Source: Candidatus Omnitrophota bacterium
Lineage (GTDB): Bacteria > Omnitrophota > Omnitrophia > Omnitrophales > Aquincolibacteriaceae
Reading direction: 5' to 3'
Length of the DNA stretch: 64,000 nt
Assembly (NCBI GenBank): GCA_035352955.1
Contig: DAOPYQ010000008.1
Span: 9,701-73,700, forward strand
In this document: piece after piece, positions 38,243 to 48,800 of the stretch
How the letters are laid out: each line of letters starts with the position of its first letter
How positions within the stretch are numbered: position 1 is the stretch's first letter
Made by a program: the position numbers and the translations under genes
Notes under the pieces: generated by a model
Seen by the model: only the letters and a program-made list of their open reading frames with translations
The model's database searches: none
Told to the model about the DNA's origin: nothing

Positions 38243-39669
38243 GAAGTCCGCAACCGGATTACAAGATAGAGCCCGCCCAGCAAAAGAAACGTGAGCGGAA
38301 AAACCGCAAGGACCACGATCAAGAACTTCGTCCGCTGCGCCGCGTTCATCAGAATCGGACTAAAACGAAGTTCCGCGCGCCGCACATCGACAAAACGGTC
38401 GTCCCTCGCCAGCCAACGGATCATATTCAACCCGAGCTCTTTATTGCCGGAAAGGTTCAGATAACCGTTGGAGAGAAAATCACTGTCGCCCACGATAAGC
38501 ATCCGCCCCCCTTGGGAGACATTGGGTGCAGAATGTGGGAGGGTGGATGGCGAAGCACCCGGTTTCTCGTCTTCCGCCTTGCGCTTTCCGTCAGCCTGTT
38601 TTTGTTCAACCGCCACCAAAACCGGCAGCGGTCCCGCCACGTCGGTTTTCATATCAAAAATCGCGTTTCCTTTTTCAAGCTGGGGAAGATCGGTCTCGGC
38701 CCAGCTTTCGTCGCTTGTCATGGCCAGCGGTGTCACTTCAAGCCCCGCGGGACCCTCGGTCGAAGGCTGGATCGTTCGCACGAGCGGAAAAAAGGTCGCT
38801 TCCTTGATCGTCCGGGTAACCGGGTGATCCACATAATACTGGCTCACGAGCGGCATCAGAAAATCCCCGCCCACAATTCGGCTCTTTTTGTCTACAAGCA
38901 CGTTGTTTCCCATAACAACGCCAAACTGTTTCGTGAACTCTTCAAAGGAAGCCCCCGTCCCGGGATCCATCGGATCAAACATCAAAAGAACGCCCTTGCC
39001 GTTTTCAAAGGCTTTCCGGATATCCGCGAGCTCTTCGGGTTTCAGTTCCCATCGGGGGCCGGCAAGCGTCACCACCTGACAAGTGTCCGGGACATGATCC
39101 CGCGACAACACGATCTCATGGAGCATGGCGTTGTAACCTTCAAGGGTATCGCGAAACTTCTGGATTCCGTTCGGATCTTCCCCGAAAAGCTCCGCCTCAC
39201 CGTGCCCCGTCACGAAACAAACATCAAGGTCCTTGGGATGAAGCAACCGCAGAAACGCGTTTGTGAAATCTTCTTCGCTGGGCCGGGTAAGGCGCTCTTC
39301 GCGCTCACCCACCCGCACCAGGATCACGGACGGCTCCCGGACGTTGAATTGTTGCGCAATACGCGGCCGGCGGTTCGGATCAAAAAAGTCATAATGAAAA
39401 TCCGGATGATACCGCTGGCATTCCTTAAGGAACACCTCAAGCCCCTGCTTTACCGGATCCTCCTGCAAATAAAAAAGCACGACCTCAAGCCTCTGGCCCT
39501 TCAGCCCCCGGAGGACATCCGCGGTCGCGGGCGGAAGCGAATACACTTTTTCCCGCGTCAGGTCCCACCGGTAGTGGTAATTGGAGATCAGGAAATAAAC
39601 CATCCCGAGCGTCGCAAGCAAAATAAGCGCTTCGAACAGCATCTGGAATTTCAGGAGAAATTGTCGCAT
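38239..39669 (-). CDS. GldG-family ABC-transporter auxiliary protein
   Basis: N- and C-terminal TM helices flank a large extracytoplasmic domain (VVLFYLQEDP..., GRMLIVGDSDFLSNGYL... typical of GldG). 476 aa. Confidence 0.75.
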   Translation of the reverse strand: MRQFLLKFQMLFEALILLATLGMVYFLISNYHYRWDLTREKVYSLPPATADVLRGLKGQRLEVVLFYLQEDPVKQGLEVFLKECQRYHPDFHYDFFDPNRRPRIAQQFNVREPSVILVRVGEREERLTRPSEEDFTNAFLRLLHPKDLDVCFVTGHGEAELFGEDPNGIQKFRDTLEGYNAMLHEIVLSRDHVPDTCQVVTLAGPRWELKPEELADIRKAFENGKGVLLMFDPMDPGTGASFEEFTKQFGVVMGNNVLVDKKSRIVGGDFLMPLVSQYYVDHPVTRTIKEATFFPLVRTIQPSTEGPAGLEVTPLAMTSDESWAETDLPQLEKGNAIFDMKTDVAGPLPVLVAVEQKQADGKRKAEDEKPGASPSTLPHSAPNVSQGGRMLIVGDSDFLSNGYLNLSGNKELGLNMIRWLARDDRFVDVRRAELRFSPILMNAAQRTKFLIVVLAVFPLTFLLLGGLYLVIRLRTS

Positions 39670-40445
39670 CAGCTTTTCCAGTTCCGTGTTTCAACCGAAC
39701 GGATGGCGAGATAAAGAAAATAGAGGAAAAAGAAAAGGAAATAGACCACGTCCTGCAAATCCACGATCCCGAGCGTGAAATGGCGGTAGTGGCCCAAAGG
39801 CGAAAGCGCCCCAAAGATCTTCGCCCAGACCCCGTCGCTGATCTCCGTGACCCACTCGAAGACCCAGAAGACCACAAGCACGCTGAATGTCCCGATCGCG
39901 CTCACCACCGTACTCCGGGTCAGGCTCGATACAAACACCCCGGCGGCAAGGTAAGCCATTCCCAGAAGCCAGAACCCAAGAAATCCGGAAAGCACGGGCC
40001 CCCAGTCGAGCTCCCCGCCGATCCAGCGGAACACCGCGAGATACCCCAGAAGCGGCACCAGCAGGAACTCAAAGAACCAAACGATCCCAAGCATTTTCCC
40101 CGCGACGATCTCAAAATCCGACAACGGATATGTAAAAAGAAGCTCCAGGGTCTCCTGCCGCTTCTCCTCCGCAAAGGAACGCATGGTCAGAAGCGGCACG
40201 AAAAAAAGGAGAATGATGCTAAGGTTCGAAAAAAACGAACTGAACACGAACTGCGTCTGATTAATCCCGTTGAGGCTCGAAAGACCGAATTGCCGGGGAT
40301 CCATCGAGATCTTCACATAACTCAGCACCAGGATCACAAAAAAGACCCCCGTGACCAGGAAGAACAGGACCCCCATCATTACCCCGAGCCAGGAATGGAA
40401 GCATCCGGTGAATTCCCTGCGAGCGATCACGAACAGCTTCGTCAT
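39669..40445 (-). CDS. ABC-2 family transporter permease (GldF-like)
   Basis: Six TM helices, 258 aa. 1 nt overlap with gldG, 4 nt overlap with the ATPase. Confidence 0.75.
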   Translation of the reverse strand: MTKLFVIARREFTGCFHSWLGVMMGVLFFLVTGVFFVILVLSYVKISMDPRQFGLSSLNGINQTQFVFSSFFSNLSIILLFFVPLLTMRSFAEEKRQETLELLFTYPLSDFEIVAGKMLGIVWFFEFLLVPLLGYLAVFRWIGGELDWGPVLSGFLGFWLLGMAYLAAGVFVSSLTRSTVVSAIGTFSVLVVFWVFEWVTEISDGVWAKIFGALSPLGHYRHFTLGIVDLQDVVYFLFFFLYFLYLAIRSVETRNWKS

Positions 40446-41446
40446 GACGGTTTTCCCTCGACCTTCCCTTCCTTCAGCAGGTGAAGGAAGATCTCTTCCA
40501 GAGCCAGTTTCACGCGCTGGATTTCCACAACCGGGATCCCGTGTTCCACGAAAAGTTTTGTGATCCGCGGCCTGAGGTCCTCTGCATACGAAGTTTCGAA
40601 CGATAAATCGATCTCCCCGCGGGCTGCTTCGCAGGATTTCAACCCTTCGACCCCGGGAAGCGCCCTCAAAAGCCGCAACGCAGCCTCCTCATACTGTTTG
40701 CTCTGGATCACGACATGAACGCCATCGCGATCCTTCAGGCACGACTCGAGCTCACGCACGGTTCCGCTCGCAATGATCCGCCCCTGGTTAATCATCATCA
40801 CGCGGTGGCAAAGCATGGAAACTTCGGGAAGGATGTGGGTGGAAAGAATGATTCCGCGATTGTGTCCCAGCGCGCGGATCAATTCACGGATCTCCGTAAT
40901 CTGCTTGGGATCAAGCCCGGTCGTCGGCTCATCAAGGATCAGGAGCGCAGGATCCCCGATCAACGCCTGCGCGATCCCGACACGCTGACGGTACCCTTTC
41001 GAAAGCCGGCCGATCAGACGGTGCCCGACCTGCCCCAGCCCGCAAAGTTCCATTTTCCCGCGCACGTGAACGTTAAAATCCCGGCGACGGACCCCTTTGA
41101 GTTTGGCGACGAACTTGAGGTATTCGCAAACCTTCATGTCCGGATAAAGATTCACCGATTCGGGAAGATACCCGAGAAAGCGTTTCGCCTTTTTGGGATG
41201 CTTGAAAAAATCGGCCCCCTTGATCCGGACACGCCCTTGGGTCGGCGGAAAAAAACCTGAAAGAATGCGCATCGCGGTCGTCTTGCCCGCACCGTTGGGC
41301 CCGAGAAACCCGATGATCTCCCCCTCCTTGATCTCGAAGGAAACATCGTTGAGCGCAAGAATACGGCCGTATTTCTTGGAAACATTCTCGAACCGGACGA
41401 GAGGGGAAGGATTACTTTTTTCGCTAGCGATCATATCGTCTTTCAT
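40442..41446 (-). CDS. ABC transporter ATP-binding protein (GldA-like)
   Basis: Walker A GPNGAGKTT. Signature LSKGYRQRV. Walker B LLILDEPTTGLD. H-loop. 334 aa. Confidence 0.9.
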   Translation of the reverse strand: MKDDMIASEKSNPSPLVRFENVSKKYGRILALNDVSFEIKEGEIIGFLGPNGAGKTTAMRILSGFFPPTQGRVRIKGADFFKHPKKAKRFLGYLPESVNLYPDMKVCEYLKFVAKLKGVRRRDFNVHVRGKMELCGLGQVGHRLIGRLSKGYRQRVGIAQALIGDPALLILDEPTTGLDPKQITEIRELIRALGHNRGIILSTHILPEVSMLCHRVMMINQGRIIASGTVRELESCLKDRDGVHVVIQSKQYEEAALRLLRALPGVEGLKSCEAARGEIDLSFETSYAEDLRPRITKLFVEHGIPVVEIQRVKLALEEIFLHLLKEGKVEGKPS

Positions 41447-41491
41447 GGGGCAGAAGCTCTTTCAAAAGTCACCTGTCCCCTTTTCCATAGA

Positions 41492-42703
41492 TCACGAAGG
41501 TACGATCTTTGCAAATTTCCGCTTGCCGCATTGAAGAATGATGGCTTCCCCGACCGTGATCACAGCCTTGGGGTCCGTAACTTTCTCCCCGCCTATCTTA
41601 ACGCCACCTTGCTCTACCATCCGGCGGCCTTCGGACTTGCTCGCAACCAGCTGCGCCTCCGCAAGAAGGCTTACAATATCGATCGTCGGGTGGGCGATCT
41701 TTACGACCGGCACTTCATCAGGCAGCCCTTTGTTCTTAAAGATCTCGTCGAATTCCTCGCGCGCCCGTTTCCCCTCTTTTTCGGAGTGGAAGAGCGTCAC
41801 GATCCGTTCCGCGAGACGCGCCTTCATCTCGCGCGGGTGCATCTCACCGGACTTTAACCCCGCGAGGATCCCGTCCACCTCGTTTTTGGGCATCGCCGCG
41901 AGATAGCGGTAATAGCGTTCCATCATGGCGTCCGAGACCGACATGACCTTCCCGAACATTTCTTTGGGGGTATCCTTGACTGCAATATGATTGCCGAGGC
42001 TTTTGGACATCTTCTGGACGCCGTCGAGTCCTTCGATGAGCGGCATCGTCATCACGACCTGCGGCTCCTGACCGTCCGCCTTCTGCAGTTCGCGCCCCAC
42101 GAGCAGATTGAACATCTGGTCCGTCCCTCCGAGTTCGATATCGGAACGGAGCACCACGGAATCGTGCCCCTGAAGCAACGGATAAAGGAACTCCACAAGA
42201 GCGATCGGTTCTCCGGACTTGTAGCGCTTTGAAAAATCATCCCGTTCGAGAATCCGCGCAACGGTATACTGCGCCGTCAACCTCAGAAAATCTTCCGGCG
42301 TCATTTTCCCGAGCCATTTGGAATTAAAATAGACTTCGGTCTTTTTCTTGTCCAGGATCCGGAACACCTGGTCTTGGTACGTCTTGGCATTTTCCAGGAC
42401 TTGCTCTTCCGTCAGCATGGGCCGGGTCTCGGATTTTCCGGAAGGATCGCCGATACGCGCCGTAAAATCCCCGATAATGAAAACAACGTCATGCCCCAGG
42501 TCCTGCAACTGGCGTAATTTGCGGAGAGGCACGGTATGCCCGAGATGAAGATCCGGCGCCGACGGGTCCGCGCCGTACTTGATACGAAGAGGGCGGTTTT
42601 TCTTGATCGAAACCTCGAGCTTTTGGGCAAGCTCCTTTTCGGAGATAAGATCCACGAGGTTCTCTCTGAAAACTTCAAGCTGATCCTGGACGGACGGAAA
42701 CAC
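41492..42703 (-). CDS. tyrS: Tyrosyl-tRNA synthetase TyrS
   Basis: HLGH motif (PDLHLGHTVPL). KMSKS. C-terminal S4-like domain. GTG start at 42703 with GGGGAGGG SD. In-frame stop three codons upstream. Confidence 0.95.
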   Translation of the reverse strand: MFPSVQDQLEVFRENLVDLISEKELAQKLEVSIKKNRPLRIKYGADPSAPDLHLGHTVPLRKLRQLQDLGHDVVFIIGDFTARIGDPSGKSETRPMLTEEQVLENAKTYQDQVFRILDKKKTEVYFNSKWLGKMTPEDFLRLTAQYTVARILERDDFSKRYKSGEPIALVEFLYPLLQGHDSVVLRSDIELGGTDQMFNLLVGRELQKADGQEPQVVMTMPLIEGLDGVQKMSKSLGNHIAVKDTPKEMFGKVMSVSDAMMERYYRYLAAMPKNEVDGILAGLKSGEMHPREMKARLAERIVTLFHSEKEGKRAREEFDEIFKNKGLPDEVPVVKIAHPTIDIVSLLAEAQLVASKSEGRRMVEQGGVKIGGEKVTDPKAVITVGEAIILQCGKRKFAKIVPS

Positions 42704-42831
42704 TGCTATCTACCCTCCCCTCAATAGGTTACAAATCAGGGAAACATTTTAGCAATGAAGGTGGGGAATGGAAAGGACTTAGTAAAGGCGTCAGACACCC
42801 TTTTGAAAAAGGAGGAGAAAAAAGCAGTTCC

Positions 42832-45800
42832 TTACGCAGCTCGCGCGACGAGCTTCATCTCGACGAACTGCTGGGCCAGCTTGGCGATCTGGCTGATGAT
42901 GAACCCGTTGGTGCCGTTCGCCCGGACTTCCGGCAAATTCTCAGCGACAAAGTTCTTCAAAAGATCCCCTCGCATTTGCGCATCGGGAATGCTGGCGATC
43001 AGATCCGCCAGGGATTTGAGCGGCATGGCCAGAGCACTTGCAACCGCAAGATCCTCGGCACCGATCTTCTCACCGAACGCGAAATGCGCGCCGTCCGCAA
43101 GTCCGGCCATTTGTGCCGCAGTAAGGTGCAACGTCGTGATCCCGCCCCGGGTCGACGCGCCAAGTCTGTTAAGGACCGCCGCTTCCGTTGTTTCCCCGGC
43201 CCGCATCGGCTCCACCCGAAGGATGCTTTGTTTCTCAAGGGCCTCAAGAACTTTCCCGAGCGATCCAAGCTCTGAGGCTGGCACGACGTCTTTACTCTGG
43301 ATTTTTTTACGGATCTCCGAAATAAGCGCAGGCGATCCGACCGTCACAAGCGATGTCTGACCGTCTTCCGTCATAAACATTTTGAGAAGGTAATAAAGAG
43401 CCGTAGGATTCTGCGACAAATACTCCGTCATAAGGTCCTGACCAATCGCCAAAGTCCCGCGCGGATTCTTGACCGTCTGAACTGAACTGTCGGTAACGGT
43501 CAGCGCCCCCACAGACACGGGCCGGGAAATATACAACGGCTCCTCCCCCGGGATCAAACTATGGAGCACCGAACTATAGGCCGTATCATCCGCCGCGTAG
43601 CCGACCGGAATTCCCACAAGTTCCTGAAGCGTCCTCACGATCGCTTCCTTGCCGCCCAATTCATCAAGCTCCTCGATAAGGCGCGAAGGAATAATATTGA
43701 AATAGTAGTAGCGGATAAGCTCGAGCCGCTCGACCGTCATGAGTTCCCGGATCGTTGTGGCCGGAAGGATCGATGTGCGGACTTCGTTCCGGGACGGCCC
43801 TTTCGCGGGAACGCTACCAACTGTGCCAGAAAAACCGGGCGAAGGCAGGCGGATGGACGCCGGAGAAGAACTCGTAGCGACCTCTTTGATTACCGCTCTG
43901 GTCGCGGCAACCGGAATCGCAACCGTCTGAGGAACCTCCGCTTGAATACCTTCCGTCTGAGAAACTTTCGAACGCCTTTCGGAGCGTTTTCCAAGAAATA
44001 TCTGAAAGTGAGCGTCCGCCTTTTCGAAAAGTTTAACGTTCGCGGGAAGATTGGGAGCGCGCTTCCCTGCAGAGGCTTCCTCGTTTTCCAGGATCCAGTG
44101 CCTCAGGGCCATCAGCAGCTGCTTGTGGAGGGCCGGATCCGTCGCCCGTATCCGGGAAAGCAACGAAGGCGTAATCGACACCCCGTCCAGGGAAGCAATA
44201 AATTTGGTTTCATCTGCGGGTATCGAAAATCCTCTGGAACCCTTCGTGACAGCCTCGCCCGTCAGGGGTTGCATTTCACGCCACGCAACCTCTTCGCTGA
44301 GAACTTCCTCTAAAGGTTTCAGAGCCTGAACTTCCCCGGCTTTTAACAACTTCGCCCGCCTGCTATCCACCGAATGAATCAACCCGAAGCCCAAGGTCAT
44401 AGTGATCAAGACAACGGAAAGCGCCGCCATCAGACTGAGAAACGCGAACGACGCTACGGCAGTCACGATCATTCCGCCCGTCACCCACGTAAGAACTTTA
44501 AAGAACTGCTGCTCTTTCGACAACTGTTGGACCTTATCAAGGATATCCCTAAGGTTCCCTGTCTTTTTATCGTTGGTATTTTGTTCTCCAACCTTTTTAC
44601 CCACAAGATGCGGAAACTCGGCGGCGAGCATACCCCAAACCCGGCTGGCGTCAGCATACTCTTGGGTCCCTCTGGGGTAATGGGCTGCGATCATCTTTAA
44701 AACATACTCCATCGGATGGTCCTGGGAGTAGATTGCATGGCTATTCTGGTCACCGCCCTTTTTATTCGTCTTGGGCGCCGAAAGAGCAGGCGCGTTTTCC
44801 AATTTCTTCGCAGCGGCCGCAGCACGCTCTCTGTCCTGAGCTTTTTCGACCGCAAGCTTATAAGCGCCATCCGCTTGACGGATCTCCGCCTTGATCGCAG
44901 GATCCTTCACCGCCAATTCCTCGGCCAAAGCCTTGGGGTCCCTTATCACTTCGGCAAGAGTCGCGGGCCGAATCTCGCCATATTTATCTTTGTCCGCTTT
45001 GTTCTGAACGGCTCTTACGGAATATCCTCCGGGCGCTGTGTAAACCACTTCAATGTTCACGTCCCGGCCGTCGATCTTTCTGATAACGGTGGCCAGGACA
45101 ACCGGCTGGCTGGGCACTTTAGGAGAGGCCATTGAATCGTCCGGCAAGAAGCTGCCATTTTGCACCTGCCCCGTTTCTTTTTTGAGCTTGGCCGCCGCCT
45201 GAAGCCGCTTAACTTCCAAGTGACCGCTGAACCACTTTTGAACCTCGCTTATCACCCCGGGCATTTCTTCCGGAGTCGGCTCAGGCTGCGTTTTGAAGGT
45301 AAAAAGAGGTTCGGTCGGATTTTTCGGATCGAAATAAACAATAACCCCAAAACTGTTTTTCCCCCTGGTCACAAGCTTGTTCCCTATCAGAACCGGTTCT
45401 TTGGAAACAACCGCCGCGACGGGAGACATAGCATGGCTAGCGGATGCCGCAGGGGTCATCGGAGATATTGCCGCCGGCGCTCCCACCACAACCGTTGGGA
45501 CAGCGCTTTGGGGTTTTTGCCCGACCAGCTTTGTCCGTTTGAAATTCTCCGCCGCAGCTTCAAGATCCTGGGAAGTTTCGACAATCTCAAGCCTGTCATC
45601 ATCCGTCACACCTTTGACAAACCAACGGTCCTTAATCGAAGGATCCTGAGCCGGATCAAAAAGGACAACGTATCTCCGTCCTTGGAACTTAAATATGCCG
45701 AAAAGGATCCGCCCCTTGTAATCTACCGTCCCGTCTATGCCATAGCCATCAACACCTCGGTCATCTTGCCACGCCTCATTCGGGTTGCCGATAACCTGCG

Positions 45801-48800
45801 GCGGCGTTCCTTCAATGATCGCCAGAGGAATCTTATGTGAAATTCTGTAGCGAGCTCCGTCCGAACGCCGCTCGGCACGAAGCACTGAGGCTTCGGGAAT
45901 CCTGCGCTGACGTCCACGGGCTTCGACCCCGGCGATCGCCATCTCGATATCTCCCGTAACGTTCGCGGCCATCTGTCTCCTGGAACGCTCCAGCTGACGC
46001 GTCATCGCAGCATCCGCTTCAGCTGCCGCAAGATCCGGATCTTCCGCCACATTCGCGACAAACTCGCGAGCCCGAAGCATCGCAAGCTGACGCTCGAAAG
46101 CAACGTCCACTTCCTGCGCTGCGGCGGCGGAATCTCCAGCCACGTCCGCGATCCAGAGATCATCCCCAACGCGCCGTTCCTTCCTCGCGGTCGAAACAAT
46201 AAATTTTTCCGCAGCAGCGCTCAGAGGCTGCTCCTTACCGCCCACTGTCATAACCCAGGGGGATTCCCCGCGATCAAATGCGCCATAATCAAAAAGCACG
46301 ACCGTCGATCCGTTCGTTCCAGGCAGGGATGCAAAAACGATCCGGTTCCCGGAATCTCTCTGGACCGGTCCGGAAACCACCACGGTCGTACCGCTAAGAG
46401 CAATCACCGCTCCAGTCGGAGATTGGTACCGGATCACCGCTCCTTCGTCCCGCTTCTCCGCACGCAACCGCACATCACCCCGGGGAGCACGAACGGCTTT
46501 CTGGAAAAGAGCCGGTGCGAGAGCTTGGGATGCTCCGAGGCTGAGAAGTTCGTGAAAAGCCAGTCGATCGCCCGTCGTCTTAACGCCTGTGATCAGAGTA
46601 GAGGCGCCTTCCGACCCGATCGCAACAGCCAGCGCCGCCCATCCGGGATTAAGCACGGATCCGTTTTGAACGTGAAGGCCCTGAATCCTGTTAATCGCCT
46701 GATCCAGCACCGCAGTATAAAATGCCGCCTGTTCCTTATAAACCGGGGTCCCGGCCTCAGGATCCTCAAACCGGTTGGTCTCGACATCTTTTCGTGCCAC
46801 CCGGAGCAAATTCAATGCCGCAGAACGAAGCTGTTCCGCAGCAAGTATCGTATCCTTCTCGAGCGCCATCAAATGTTCCACGAGGATCTCCACATGGCCG
46901 GAAAATGGGTGTTCCACTTCCCTATGGATGATCAAAAGACCGATATCCCGCCTTATCCCGTTGATGTCCGCGATCGCCTGCGCACGGCTCACCGCTTCCG
47001 CCGTACTCCGGAGTTCTTTGCGATGTTGTGAACTGTTGCTGGCGAGCGCTATTTGCAAAATACCCGCAGGGCCGGAAAGAACTGGGAGATGTCCGGCCAC
47101 GGATACCGTCTGAGCCTGCGGGTGGAACGACTTCTCCTCTTTCTTCGCACCTTTACCGGCTTGAAGATCAACCGATTCCTTCCCTTCGTCAATAGGAAGA
47201 GTGACCGATGTCGAACCACGACGTTCCGCGCGGATGATCCAGCCACCTTTCCCGTCCATGATCTGTTCCAGCTGATAGGTCAAAAAGTTAAAACCTTTAT
47301 CATCCTCACGGTTTCCCTCCGTATTTTCATCCGAAGGATCTTTGATCCCTTCGATGCGTTTCGTATACCAGGGCGCGAAACCATTCAAGTCACCATCATT
47401 GGTAACTCTCCCTTTCAGGGCTTCCTCAACGTAACGGTTAATGAAAAATTTCATCTGCTGGGTACTTCCGGTAGCGGAGATCATCTCAAATCCTGCTTCA
47501 TCCAGCGAAACGCCGTAAGCATCCCTAAGCTCCCGCAAAAGCCCTTGAGCCCACGCCCGTTTCGCCTTGTCCGTCGTATTCCTCGAAACATTCCGCAGCT
47601 CCGTCACAACGATCGCACGCGCCGCGACATCCAAATTCTCAAGCTGATTTTTTTCGATATATTGGGACTCGACCGCCCGCACAAGCTCGTTGGTTTCCGA
47701 GTCCCCGCTCGAAGCAAGCGCTTTCACGAGAATATCGCAACTATCCGCATAATGGGACTGCGCCAGCACATTTTTTGCGGCCGCCGGGAACGCCCCGAGA
47801 TTCAGGTTCGAGATCCTCTTCAGATCGGCCAGGGCTTCGGCCGGCTCGGGCTTCTTGTCACTGCGCGTCCAGGCTGTCCGTTCGAAATAACCAAGCCGGG
47901 TCCCCTTTCGGATCTCGTCTTCAAGAGAACTGAAAATACCGGCCTTTGCCTTCGCGGCCCCCCCCAGAAACGCTGCCGCCCAAATCCCTTTCAAAGAAAA
48001 CTCACGCCGTGTCATATCACCGCTCCGGATCTCCGCGCGATGCGAGGTTTCGCCCCCGGCACTCCGGGTCTTTTTCCCTGGACCCTGTAGAGAGGATTTT
48101 CCGGAACGGTCGGCCTCCTTCCGTTTTTCTTCCAAGATATGCCGGGCGTGAGAATAAACGGCAAACACAAAGATCGCCACACCGGCCACTGCAGCCGCGG
48201 GGAACAGCCATTGTCCGGCGTTCGTAATGGAAGATGACGCGTCCGCAAGGACCGGAAGTCCTTCAGTCCATTCGGAAGAACGACGCTCTTGGCGAGAAAC
48301 CTTGTTTGTCGCCGGTGCTTCCGTAGCCTGGGCCGAAATCCCGAACCCCCGCGCGGAAACCACCTCGGCGGTAAAAAACGCCGCAACCCCCAACATCAGT
48401 GCGAGCGTTATGGCATTCGAGGCACGCCGCTCCGCCCTCGGACCAACGTGCGTCTCTCCGTATTTGGGCTCCAGATTCACGACCAGCATTCTGCGGGCCT
48501 CGGTCACATCGTAAAAAATACCGTTCTCCCCGAGTCCGAGGATTCTGGAAAATTTCCTGGCCGGTTCGCTCTGCCCCGCGATCCGCTTGATCGCGGCCAT
48601 ATCATGAGCGGCCAATCCCTGAAGGATCGCGTTGTAAAGGGCTTCATAATTCGAATCTCCCGCAACGCGGTCGGCGGCAGTTGAAAAATTTACGGTTTCC
48701 ACCTCTCCGGGACCGAACGTTTTCTGTCCCGTAAGGTCGAAAACCTTTGCCACCGCGGATTTTTCAGAAAGTTTTGAGAGCATGTAAAGAAGACGGATCA

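Noticed and set aside
38512-39714. Plus-strand 400 aa ORF inside gldG
   Set aside because: It is an antisense shadow. The product is Arg/His/Pro-rich.
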